NCBI RefSeq assembly: GCF_001194135.2
Contig: NC_068989.1
Span: forward strand, 88,514,984 to 88,578,983
Origin: Octopus bimaculoides
Lineage: Eukaryota
Length of the DNA stretch: 64,000 nucleotides
Direction: 5' to 3'
The notes below the pieces were generated by a model. That model was given only the letters and a program-made list of their open reading frames with translations, was not told the DNA's origin and made no database searches. The position numbers and the translations under genes are program-made. Shown here piece by piece: positions 49,506 through 61,030 of the stretch (the first letter of the stretch is position 1; the number at the start of each line of letters is the position of its first letter).

Positions 49506-50390
49506 ATTTGTTCTCACCATCCTCCTCCTCCTCCTCCTCATCATCATCATTCAATGTTCATTTTCCATGCTGGCATAGGTTGGACAGTTTGACAGGGTTT
49601 GGTGATCTGGCAGTCTACAACTGGATGCCATTCCTAATATGCCAACCACTTTTACAGAGTGTACTGAGTGCCTTTTTTTTCTTTTTTTTTTTTTTTCTTG
49701 TGCCAACAGCACCAGTGAGGTGGCAAAGTAACTTGCAAGACAGAAAAAGAAGTGAAAAAAAAATGGTAAGGGAAAAGCTCCTAAGCTCCTGCTCCTAAGA
49801 ATTGGTGGGGAATTATTTGAGTTGAGAGGACGTGGCTTTATGCCAAGTGTCAAAAGGTTAAAGTATGACAGAGGAAAAAATATCAGTGTCTCATTACAGA
49901 GGGAGGTGGTACTTGGTTCGTACACATTATATAAGAGCGATTGGGAGCAGTTGGGAAGGTAAATATGATAATGATAAGGTGCCAGAGCAAACTCTCAGAG
50001 TACAGGAAGGTGAGTATATAGGAACAAATAGTGTAAGGTAATGTATCCCATGCTCTAACAACTATGCCAATTTGCTGGCTAATAAATCAAACCAAAAACA
50101 ATCAGTAAGTCGTTAATAAATGAGTTAATCATCTGAACATAATTTCACATAACATTTCGTTACATACCAATTACGGTTGGCTCAAGATCAATAAACATAG
50201 CACGAGGAACAATTACAGATTTCTCCGTTTCATAAAATATCGAGTTGAAACGATTGTTTTTGTGTTCATGAAAACAGCTACATTTCATTCTGCCATCAGG
50301 CTCGACTCCATGTTCAAGACAATACAATTCCCAACAGGATTCAGCAAACTGAACACCAGCTTGTCCAATATTGATGCTCACAATTTCTCC
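38518..50390 (-). CDS. TUBA: Divergent alpha-tubulin, spliced: join of 50390-50168, 45107-44934 and 39476-38518; first (ATG) exon not fixed
   Basis: Three exons with canonical AG/GT ends join in frame (phases 0, 1, 1). With a lone Met from exon 1 they give 452 aa, colinear with canonical alpha-tubulin numbering through the folded domain: [104 protein letters not shown]-terminal EEY. The symbol is family-level only. Confidence 0.96.
40456..40697. repeat. Near-perfect inverted repeat with ~100-bp arms in tubulin intron
   Basis: 40456-40555 is the reverse complement of 40597-40697, with a loop of about 41 nt. Confidence 0.9.
41844..42262. repeat. Diverged direct repeat of about 110 bp
   Basis: ATTAAAATAGCCATCTATGTATCATA...GCTGTGTTAAAAA at about 41844 and 42148. 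Confidence 0.75.
43840..44425. mobile_element. Old element bounded by diverged ~80-bp inverted repeats
   Basis: AGTGCATGTGCTTTG...CCAAATTTGCTGCAG (about 43865-43900) is inverted at about 44360-44400. An internal part resembles 25215-25320. Confidence 0.45.
44934..45107 (-). CDS. TUBA: Alpha-tubulin coding exon, residues 76-134 (174 nt)
   Basis: Acceptor tttcag|ATGTTG, donor CAAG|gtatct. Encodes (D)[35 protein letters not shown]...DCDQLQ(G). Confidence 0.95.
45295..45725 (+). mobile_element. R4/Dong-like retrotransposon restriction-like endonuclease fragment (degenerate)
   Basis: [36 protein letters not shown]...[15 protein letters not shown]...[14 protein letters not shown], with stops and frameshifts. 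Confidence 0.8.
46005..46490 (-). mobile_element. Tx1/L1-like LINE 3' fragment with (CTT)n tail
   Basis: Minus-strand [18 protein letters not shown]...KFVERWMNV..., followed by a UTR and (CTT)n(CTG)n. Confidence 0.45.
48335..48870 (-). mobile_element. SINE-like family C copy with about 6 tandem units, nested in a family A copy
   Basis: Family A 3' part at 48105-48330 and head at 48880-49040 flank it. Confidence 0.75.
50168..50390 (-). CDS. TUBA: Alpha-tubulin coding exon, residues 2-76 (223 nt)
   Basis: Acceptor tttcag|GGAGAA, donor ATTG|gtatgt. Encodes [12 protein letters not shown]...DLEPTVI(D). Same boundaries as the classical 223-nt alpha-tubulin exon 2 (intron after codon 1 and within codon 76). 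Confidence 0.95.
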
Positions 50391-50678
50391 CTGAAACATC
50401 AAACAATAAAACAAAATATTATTATATATTATATATACATATTTTCATACACCCCCCCCCCACCACACACACAAATACACACACACACACATATATATGG
50501 TTGAATGAATGAATGTCTAAAGTTAAATTTGGTTTGGTGTTTCTTTTTGTCAGCATTTTTAACAGCTAAAATCTTTTTCAGATGGTGCTTATATATATAT
50601 GTATGTATATATATACCTCTGTGTGTGTGTGTGTGTGTGTAAAATAAAGATATGATTTTCATCATACATATTGATTGT

Positions 50679-50752
<74 letters not shown>

Positions 50753-53042
50753 CACACATACACAAGGTATACATTTTGCTAGTTCATGGGTAGGCTGCGC
50801 TTATAGGACTCTGATGACTTGTCCATCTCATGGATGGATTGCAGATATAAAATGAAGCTGATAGTGATGATGATGACGATGATGATGACAACGATGACAA
50901 TAGTAATGGTTATATGTATATGAGTGAAAAATAATATTCCATCTGATTGCACCAAGGACATTCTAAATAGTAAATTCAAAATGTTACAAATTGGAATTAT
51001 ATGAGGTTGGCTCTTTTGAAACCACTCTAAGGTGAAAAATTAGATAAATTCAAAACGATTTACTCAGCATCTGCAACAGGTTCCAAATTAACATCTCAGG
51101 ATATTGTATTTTCTATTAGATGTAACTTTAAATTTTGGGATAAATATCTTACCAATCGTATTGTAAACCTAATTAAAATTTCATGTACATGAATAAGAAA
51201 TCTAACCACTCTCCTACCACTTCAAAATCTAGTTAATAACATAAGCAAAAGAATCTCTAAATTATCATTGAGTAAATAAATATTTGAATATTACAATAAA
51301 GCTATAAAGAAAAGCTGATCCATTGATAAAACCTTCAGCCATTACAATAATGTGCTAAAGAGTTACAGATTCATTGATAAGCTTCACTTTAGTCCCAAGC
51401 TCTTTGAATGTCAAACTAATCTCTGATAAGCAATTCCCAATCAACCACATGTATAGCTAATTACTTAATAACAAAGATAAAAAGAATTATGCAATTACTT
51501 AGGTGTAATATGAAAAATATTTTACCAAAATAGCAAACTAATTATGTCGAACCTCCTCAAACAAAATTGCACTGAAGTCAGTCTGCATACATTCATTTAA
51601 TAGTATTAGCACTACTATAAAGCACTAAAGAGGATTGACTGGTAAAACTTTCAAAAGCTGCTACAATAATCACACTTCATCTTTTTGAAGCAAAAGACAA
51701 AAAAGGGAAATGTTACAGTCTATTTGAACTAATGATAATTTTAGCATCTTTTTGGATATCCTGAGCTAACATAACAACAACGACAATAATGGTTTCTAAT
51801 TTAGACACAGAGCCAGCAGTTTTGAGGGGAGGTGTTTCACCAATTCCATCAGCCCTACTATTTGACAAATAATTTGTTTTATTGATTCTGAAAGTATGGC
51901 CTTGATTGGATTTGAACTCAGGATGTTAAGATCCAGAACAAATTCTGCTAGGCATTTTCCTGACTCTATCAATTCTACCAATCCCTACTTTCGGTCAAAA
52001 CATTTAATCAGGACCCGTAAGATGCTTGTTAAGTAGTTTATTACATTGTCTCAATGAGAGGAAAACTATTTTAACCTTCAAAGTACAACAAAGCCAAAGA
52101 CAAAAAGTAGAAAGAAAAACCCCAAACCATAACCTGTCTCCCAAACAATCTACAAAGCCTTAATTGCAATAATATTGTGGAAAGTAAACAAATACCTTAT
52201 AGGAATAATTTGTGTTATTTAAGGGTGAGTGGGAGCAGCAGGAAAGAAGATAGGGACAGCAGTGCTGACGAAATGCTGACATACATTGTTTCAGATTTAC
52301 TCTCTCGCTGCCTAATTAAGCACCGTACTGCATACTATGAAATGTAGTTAACGGTATAACATGCCGTGTTGCAATTTGGATTGAAGCAGTTTATTTGATC
52401 TACTAGAAATAACAGCTGAATCTCCTTTTTTTTTTTTTTTTACTCAGGTGACTTAATTAATAGATGAAATGACTGGATAAAGTAGTACAACAGAAAAGAT
52501 AACGAAGGCGGCGAGCTGGCAGAATCGTTAGCATGCCGGGCAAAANNNNNNNNNNNNNNNNNNNNNNNNNNNNNNNNNNNNNNNNNNNNNNNNNNNNNNN
52601 NNNNNNNNNNNNNNNNNNNNNNNNNNNNNNNNNNNNNNNNNNNNNNNNNNNNNNNNNNNNNNNNNNNNNNNNNNNNNNNNNNNNNNNNNNNNNNNNNNNN
52701 NNNNNNNNNNNNNNNNNNNNNNNNNNNNNNNNNNNNNNNNNNNNNNNNNNNNNNNNNNNNNNNNNNNNNNNNNNNNNNNNNNNNNNNNNNNNNNNNNNNN
52801 NNNNNNNNNNNNNNNNNNNNNNNNNNNNNNNNNNNNNNNNNNNNNNNNNNNNNNNNNNNNNNNNNNNNNNNNNNNNNNNNNNNNNNNNNNNNNNNNNNNN
52901 NNNNNNNNNNNNNNNNNNNNNNNNNNNNNNNNNNNNNNNAAAAAAAAAAAAAAAAGATAAAATAAGTAAAGAATTCTATGAAATCGTTAATTATTTTGTA
53001 GTCATGTTGTAAAAAGTAGGATTCTAAAATAACACCACTTAC

Positions 53043-53048
53043 GGTCAT
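53043..53048 (-). CDS. Candidate first coding exon B of the tubulin (ATG ACC)
   Basis: ATGACC|gtaagt with a perfect phase-0 donor and an in-frame TAA upstream; would give M-T-G-E-I-V. Speculative. Confidence 0.25.
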
Positions 53049-53269
53049 CAAGAGTTAATATCGAAACTGCTAATTAATTAATTAATTTCGAAACTTCTCT
53101 TCGAAACTTCACGAAAAAAATCAAACTTTTTATTCAAGTTTGTTCTGTCTGCGAAATCATTGTTATTCATTTCAGAAATGGCTGGGTTGTCTGTCCGACT
53201 GACAGACTGTATGACATCACAAAGATGGCAGCATTTTATGATGACAATGCTGTTTTGTTGTTTCCTTAC

Positions 53270-53311
53270 CAACACTTTCCTCCATGAGGAAATCTCATCT
53301 GATGATGTCAT
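53270..53311 (-). CDS. Candidate first coding exon A of the tubulin (MTSSDEISSWRKVL)
   Basis: ATG at 53311 with an in-frame stop just upstream, 14 codons, then phase-0 donor TTG|gtaagg, compatible with the phase-0 acceptor at 50390. Lies in non-repetitive DNA. No homology support. Confidence 0.25.
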
Positions 53312-53394
53312 TCGTCATTCTTATGACATCATCAGATAACGTTTGGTGGGTAATGACATTATAAGCTTTCAGAATATCAAGCTCATCTTGCTTC

Positions 53395-53740
53395 AGACAT
53401 TTTGACTGTGGCCATGCTGGGGCACCACCTTGAAGGTTTTAGTCAAACAAATCGACCGCTGGACTTTTTTTCTTTTTAAACCTGGTATTTATTCTATTAG
53501 TCTCTTTTGCTGACCTGCTAAGTAAACACACCAACAGTGATTGTCAAGTGATGGGGGTGGGGAGAAAACACACACACAAAGACACACACATAAATATATA
53601 CATATATACTATGGGCTTCTTTCAGTTTCTGTCTACCAAATCCACTCACAAGGCTTTGGTCAGCTCAAGGCTATAGTAGATCCCAGAATCATGTGATTGC
53701 GAAATAAGGATCTCACCACACAACCATGCCTGCACCTATA
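53395..53740 (-). mobile_element. SINE family A copy
   Basis: Reverse-complement 3' part and head. Confidence 0.75.
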
Positions 53741-53744
53741 TTTT

Positions 53745-53945
53745 TAATTTTTTAAAATAAATATTTAAATTTTAAAATTTCTTTTTATTATTTTATATTT
53801 TATATTTTTAATTTTAAATTTCTTTTTTATATTTTAAATTTTAAATTTTATATTCTAAATTCTAAATTTATTTTTATATTTTATATTTGAAATAAAAAAT
53901 TTTTTTTATATTTTATATTTAAAATTTGAAATTTTATATTTTTAG
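53745..53945. repeat. Extremely AT-rich low-complexity tract
   Basis: Reiterated TTTAAATTTT / TATTTTATAT motifs. Confidence 0.8.
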
Positions 53946-54552
53946 GTGAGTGAAGTGTGTGACCTAGTGGATCGGGTGTTGTGCTCATGATTGCTAGATG
54001 GTTGGTTCAATTCCCAGATTGGGTGGTGTATTGTGTTCTTGACCAAAACACTTCGTTTCACATTGCTCTGCAGGTGGGAGAGTAGCAGAATCAGTGCATT
54101 GGCAGAAATGCTTTATGGTATATCTTCTGGCTCTCTACATTCTGAGTTCAAATCCCACCTGTCTGAAGAATGCAAAGGAAACCACTCCAGTACTCATCCC
54201 AAGTCTAGTCATGGGAGCTGAAGTTCTCATAATCAACATAATGGGCAGCAGGGTGGGGTGGGGTGGCATGGGCCCAACCTGGTTGTATAGAGAGTGCTGG
54301 AGAAGGTTCACATGCACAGGTTCTGCCCAAGGGCAGACCACTGCTGGATAGGTGCAGTCGTGGCTGCGTGGTAAGAAGTATGATTCTTGACCACATAGTT
54401 TTGTTTTCACTCCCATTGCATTCAACTTTGGGCAAGTGTCTTCTGTTATAATCCCCAGGCTGACCAACACCTTGTGAGTGGACTTGGTAGCTAGAAACTG
54501 AAAGAAGCCCATCGTATGTGTGTGTGAATAAAAATATACATACATACATGCA

Positions 54553-54598
<46 letters not shown>

Positions 54599-54616
54599 GT
54601 TGTTATTGTCATTGCA

Positions 54617-55045
54617 AGGCGGTGAGCTGGCAGAATCGTTAGCACACTGGACGGAATGCTTAGCGGTATTTCGCCTGTCGTTATGTTCTGAGTTCAAATT
54701 CTACTGAGGTCAACTTTGCCTTTCATCCTTTTGGGGTTGATAAATTAAGTACCAGTGAAACACTGGGGTCGATGTAATTATCTGGTCCCCTCCCCCAAAA
54801 TTTCAGGCCTTGTGCATTCAGCAGAAAGGATTATTATTATCATTATTGCAAGGCAGCAAGCTGGATGGAATGCTTAGCAGTATTTCATCTATCACTACGT
54901 TCTGAGTTCAAATTCCACCGAGGTCGACTTTGCCTTTCATCCCTTTGGAATCAATAAATTAAGTACCAGTTGCATACTGAGGTTGATTTAATTGACTTGC
55001 CTTCTTCCCCACAAACTTTCAGGCCCCGTGCCTATAGTAGAAAGG

Positions 55046-55123
<78 letters not shown>

Positions 55124-55372
55124 GCAAGGCAGCAAGCTGGCAGAACCATTAGCATGCTGATTGGAAGGCTTTGTAGTATTTTGCCTGTTGCTACGTTCTG
55201 AGTTCAAATTCCACTGAAGTCAGCTTTGTCTGTCTTCCTTTTGGGGTCAATAAATTAAGTACCAGTTGAACACTGGCGTTGATGTAATCAACTACCCCCT
55301 TCCCCAAATTTTAGACCTTGTGCCTATAGTAGAAAGGATTATTATTATTATTATTATTATTATCATTATTAT
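54617..55372 (+). mobile_element. Three head-to-tail SINE family B copies separated by (ATT)n/(ACT)n
   Basis: Heads at about 54617, 54850 and 55133; each ends GAAAGGATTATT(ATT)n. Confidence 0.85.
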
Positions 55373-55589
55373 TTTAAAACAGTGTGATTTGGTCCCACAC
55401 AGCTTTAAACATTTTTTATGTTATAGCAGAGAAGCTGATCTTAGTGTCTGTCTGTCACAACATCTTTCAGATGGGGAGAAGGGGAGGAAACAAATGGGGA
55501 GTTAACTCCTGTCACAATGTATATTAAGAAGAGGGGTGGGGGGCAGAAACGTTGTTGAAAGAGAAATTCACTGAGAGAGAGAGAGTGAA

Positions 55590-55626
<37 letters not shown>

Positions 55627-55636
55627 NNNNNNNNNN

Positions 55637-55682
<46 letters not shown>

Positions 55683-56196
55683 ACCCAATATTTACATGCT
55701 ATTATTTATAGTTTTATGTGTTTCAAGATCCACTATTGCAATTTATATATATGTGTGTGAGTGTTTGTATGTGTGCATATATTTGTGTGTGTGTGTATTT
55801 TTATGTGTGAGTGTGTTTGTGTCCCCTTATCACATGACAATTGTAACCAAGTGTCACTGTCATACAAGCAACATCATTCATTTCTAACATCCTGCAAAAA
55901 CACATCTGTTCATTTCTAGTCTTCCATGAAACACATGTTTGACCATGGGGAAGTATTACCTAGTTTGGAAACAGGCGAGGGTTGGTGACAGGAAGAGCAT
56001 CTAGTCATAGAAAATCTTCCTTAATAAAATTCATCCAACCTATGCAAGCATAGAAAAGTGGATGTTAAAATGATGATGATGATTTAGAATTTATTCTCTA
56101 ACTCTTCAACAGATTCCACTACAGTTGATCATCAGTTATAGTTGGAATTGCATTGATATTAATCATAGGTCATGACCTGAACAATAAGGTATGTTG

Positions 56197-56503
56197 AGGA
56201 CTCACCTGAATCATAGGTCTGTTATGTAAGGACTCACCTGAATCAAACACTGGTTTATTAAGGACTCACCGGAATCATAGCTCTGTTATTACATCAGGAC
56301 TCACCTGAGTCATAAGTCTTAAGCAAGGATACAATTGAATAATACATCCGTTAAGTAAGGACTCACCTGGATCATAAGTTTAAGGTCTCACCTGAACCAT
56401 AAGTCTTAAGCAAGGATTCAACTGAATCATATATCAGTTAAGTAAGAACTCACTTGAATCATAAGTCTTAAGCAAGGACTCACATGAATCACAAGGGCTC
56501 ACC
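56197..56503. repeat. Minisatellite, about 11 units of 20-35 bp, core AGGACTCACCTGAATCA
   Basis: Core directly visible, with variable linkers. Confidence 0.9.
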
Positions 56504-58067
56504 CAAATTTAAACAACAAGACTTCACCCCCAATAACAACAAAATCCAAAATAATTTTTTTTTGCAGGTTAAAATTTTATTTCACAATAATATTTCCTTC
56601 ACTTCTATTATTTTGTGTTATTTTTTAAAATCATTTTTCATTTTATTTTTACATAGATAATAATTAGTTTTTGATTTTCAAATTTTTTTCAAGTACATTT
56701 TGTTTATATTTCATTTACTAATTAGATCATTTATTTCATTACTAATTAGATAATTTATTTCAACACAACAAGAAAGTATATAAAAACAATATTCACATTG
56801 AACAAATGTAAACACAATGATTTTTATTAAAAAATATATTTTTTGATTTTAGTTCATATAAAAATGTCATTTTCATTGTTAAAAGAAATCAATATTATTA
56901 TTATTATCATTATCAACATAAATATTGTCATATTACAACAATTCAAATATATACTGGAATATTATATGGGCACAATGCCTGAGCTTGTCTTTTGTTTTAG
57001 AGAAAAATGAAAAACTGAGACAATCATACTTTGTCAATGACATTGGAAATGTACAGAAAGTGAATGTGTTCCAAGTGAGAATTGAAACCCAAATGTTTGA
57101 AGTTGGCAGATGAAAAGCTTTCTTAATCACCCACTTCTGGATACAGTGTACAATAAAGATACCCTTTAACATAGCACAGAGCCAGGAGTTTGTAAGAAAG
57201 ACTAGATACAGTTTATTGAGCAAAACCCAGTATATTACAGGTATTTGACTTAGTAACCATAGAAGCAAGGAAAAATGAAGTTGACCAGAAGAACAAAGTT
57301 CAATATTCTAAGAAGTGTAATTTGAAGAGGCTACCAATTCTACCAACCTGCTGACCTAATAAGGGAACCTCTAAGTGGTCAGGTAATGTGCTAGAGATAA
57401 AAAACAAATCTCACTCAAATTATACTATATTATATAAAAAAAAAGAAGAAGCAACACATAGAATATGTAACCAAAAAACATACAAAAAGGGACAAAGCAT
57501 CCAGCTGGAAGCGTTTGATCAGGTAGGGGCTAAACAACAATCCACAAGAAATCGGGGACAAATCTCCCTCAATCCCTTAGCATACAAAAAAAGAAAATGA
57601 AGGACAAAATGGATAATGTAGCTTTAAATATATGATGTCTGAAACACAATAAATGGAAAAATAAAAATAAAAACCTGAGACAGAATCATCCTAGAGATAT
57701 GATTTCTGAATAAAAGACAGAATGGTCCTAGATTTATTATTTTTAAAAACAAGACAGGATGGTCATGTCAGAAACACTTTTCATCATAAGTTTGATAAGA
57801 GCTTAAATGGGGATAATTATAAACTAAAGCATTATAATTTTTCACAGTGATGACACCAAGTTAGAGAAGAGTACATTAATTGAATATACAACATATATAT
57901 ATATATTTAATATTCAATGTATATTGTATATTCATATATATGTCTATGTATGTATATATATATGTGTGTATGTATGTATATATGCACACACACACACACA
58001 TATATATATACACACACATATACATACATATATATATATACATACTTACNNNNNNNNNNTACATACT

Positions 58068-58139
<72 letters not shown>

Positions 58140-59062
58140 TATATATAAATACACACACACATATACATATATGTATATACATACATACATAGATATATTT
58201 ATATATATACAATATACATTGAATATTAAATAAATATACACTGCATCACCCTGTATATGTTCTTGGTATATGCTACTGAGATAGTTATATGATTGCCGCA
58301 TTCACAAAGAAGGGTCTTTGGATTCCCTTATTATTGCCCTATTCCTGATAATATTATCTGTTAATCCTCCCCTGTCCCTGTTGCTTCATCCTTGGCCCAA
58401 ACTCCCTCATCTGCATTTAGGAATCTTATAGGGTTAATGGATGCCATTTTTTTTTTCACCCTTTCTCCCCATGTTTCAGAACATGAACTTATTACAAGAG
58501 AAAAATATCAACCTACGGTTTCATGACATTCAGGTTCTCAACAGTGGACACATAATACCAACACAACTGAAAAAATTATTAGGGATGTCAATGAACTGTG
58601 GAGCTCAAACTTAGCTTCCTGCCAACCAATACTGTGACCTGGTTTCAACTCACTCTAGCTTGCTGCATTAACATTCACAATTAATATATTTAATTATTCA
58701 TTTTAAAAGAAAAGTTTCATATAACCACCCCAAAACACACACACACACAAAAAAAAGAAAGACACCATGTTACAAAGTTTCTAGGAGAGATGTGGGGTAT
58801 ATTAATAGAGTTAGTATTGTATCACAAAAGGACAGGGGTAATAATGAAAATTACGATAATAATAAAGTAATTAAATAAACTATTTGATTTAACACAGCAA
58901 TCTCGGTGGTCCATAAACCATTTGATATCCAGGGTTTTTCAAAATAAAATTTTCATACACAGAAAGTTCTTGAAAAGTTTTTTGAGAAAACCATTATAAC
59001 ATCAAGATGTGGAATATAGTAAAAAAACAAAGCAACTATAAAATCATAAAATATGTGTGTGA

Positions 59063-59097
<35 letters not shown>

Positions 59098-59140
59098 CAT
59101 ATATAGATACACACATATAGAAAAAATTAAGGACAATTGA

Positions 59141-59358
59141 CCTTTTAGCATTCAGATTACCCTGTCAAATGTAATTCTTATTTGTTCTTCATTGTTTTGA
59201 ATTAATCATGCATTATCTTGTAGCTTCTAAATTTCAATGATCCTGATTATTCTTAGAATGACATTGCAGGGTAGGTGTGAGAGGTCAGATCTGGCCAGTT
59301 TGAACATAAAACAGGTAGAATATTTTGGCTTAATGTGACTGGTTTAAATGCTAATGGG
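59141..59358. mobile_element. piggyBac-like MITE
   Basis: TT(G)A|CCTTTTAGCATT ... AATGCTAATGGG|TTAA termini. Confidence 0.6.
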
Positions 59359-59519
59359 TTAATGGTATGGCCAAGAAAAACAAGCATCAATACAGACTCA
59401 TGCTGGAAAAAAATACAAACCATTCACATTGAACAATCAGTTTAGTAGATGTGAAAAAACCCCATTTAATGTTAATAATATAATCTCTAACTTAAAACAT
59501 ATTTATTCTTGCTGCAGAA

Positions 59520-59775
59520 CAATGGTTCTCGACCCTTTTTTTTTTATTCATGGGCCCCTTTGGTTCCTATTTTATTCTACTGGACCCCTGTAGCTATTTG
59601 AAGTTTAAAAAAATTCTTTATATTTTTGACTAAATATAATTAGGAATTGTGTAAAAATATTGTTAAAGGATTTTGTGTATTATAGAAGTATTTCCAATTT
59701 ATTGCACTTAGATTTTAACAACAAAATCTTACATAGACCCTTAAGGGTCATATGGGCCCAGATTGAGAACCACTG
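59520..59775. mobile_element. hAT-type MITE (256 bp)
   Basis: TIRs CAATGGTTCTCGAC / ATTGAGAACCACTG with an 8-bp TSD CTGCAGAA / CTGTAGAA (7/8 match). Confidence 0.8.
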
Positions 59776-60689
59776 CTGTAGAATAAAAGATGTTTTATTT
59801 TCCGAAATTTGTAGTGTTAAATCTGTTCTACTTGCATACAGAACAAAATGATTTCAGTAGAAAAAAAAGAAAATGGAGATGATCACAGAGATTTGAACCC
59901 AGGAACCTTGGGCAATGAACACATTGTTTGGGTATTTCAAATTATGCAAATACTAGTGTAATGTCAGATGCTGCACTAGTAATATGCTTCAAGTGAAACA
60001 ACAGTGTTATGCACATAAATTATGTTGCATAAATGCATGTACCGTTTTTAAAGTGCAACAGAAGATAAAAAAAAACTTGAGTGAAATGAAAAATATATAA
60101 ATAAAGAAAATATATAAAAAGTGCAAAAAAGACAAAAAAAATTCTTCCCCCAAAAAACAAAAATAAATTTTAACCATGTTTTCCTTTGCATTATCATCAT
60201 TGTTATTCGGTCGCCAGACATCCCCTACTCTTCCACTCATTTCTACCCTCCCCCTATTTTGAAGCTATCTCGTAATACCTCATTACCACTAATTTTAATT
60301 ACTTTCCTGCTCAACCCAAACACTCCTCATTCTCTCTTCTAAAATACGAGCAGTCATGTAGACCTAGGACAGCAAGAAATTTATTCTGATCTACTCCCTC
60401 TTTTTCTCTCATAGTTTACCTCTCTCTCCATTTCACATCTTCTCACATAAAGTTGCCCTTCTTGGGGTTCATAGTCTCCCAAACTGCATCGCAGCTAAGA
60501 ATGATCTTTAATAATAAGTAAATTGATCTCCCTGATGTATGTAAGACTTTAGTAATAGGGGGATTTAAAAGCTCTGTCTCAATAAACCCCTAAAAAGAAA
60601 ACTCAGTCTATGAAGAAATTCCAACACAGGAGTGAAATATCTTTTTCTATTTTATTTGTGTCAGAGCTAATTTTTCTGTTAAACCTAAT

Positions 60690-61030
60690 ACTTCATCATC
60701 ATCACCATCATCGTTTAATGTCCACTTTCCATGCTGGCATGGGTTGGACAGTTTGACTGAGGACTGGCAAGCCAGAAGGCTGCTGTAGGCTCCAATCTCA
60801 TCTGGCAAGGTGTCTACAGCTGGATGCCCTTCCTAATGCCATCCACTCCGAGAGTGGAACAGGTGCTTTTTATGTGCCACCAGCATTGGGGCCAGTCAGG
60901 TGGCACTGGCATCTACCACACTTGAATGGTGCTTTTTACGTGCCACTGGCACTGGCATCGGCCACGCTTGAATGATGCTTTTTACATGCCACCAGCACAG
61001 GTGCCAGTCAGTCAGTACTGGCATCAGTCA
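60690..61030 (-). mobile_element. SINE-like family C copy
   Basis: (CAT)n tail, body and tandem units in reverse orientation. Confidence 0.75.

Noticed and set aside
38518-50390. Tubulin as a pseudogene, or as a beta/gamma/delta/epsilon tubulin
   Set aside because: There are no stops or frameshifts and all splice sites are canonical. Alpha-specific motifs ([46 protein letters not shown]) and alpha-type intron positions are present. Recent loss of function cannot be fully excluded without expression data.
56197-56503. CRISPR array
   Set aside because: Linkers are only about 3-18 nt and mutually similar, and the cores are degenerate; this is a minisatellite.
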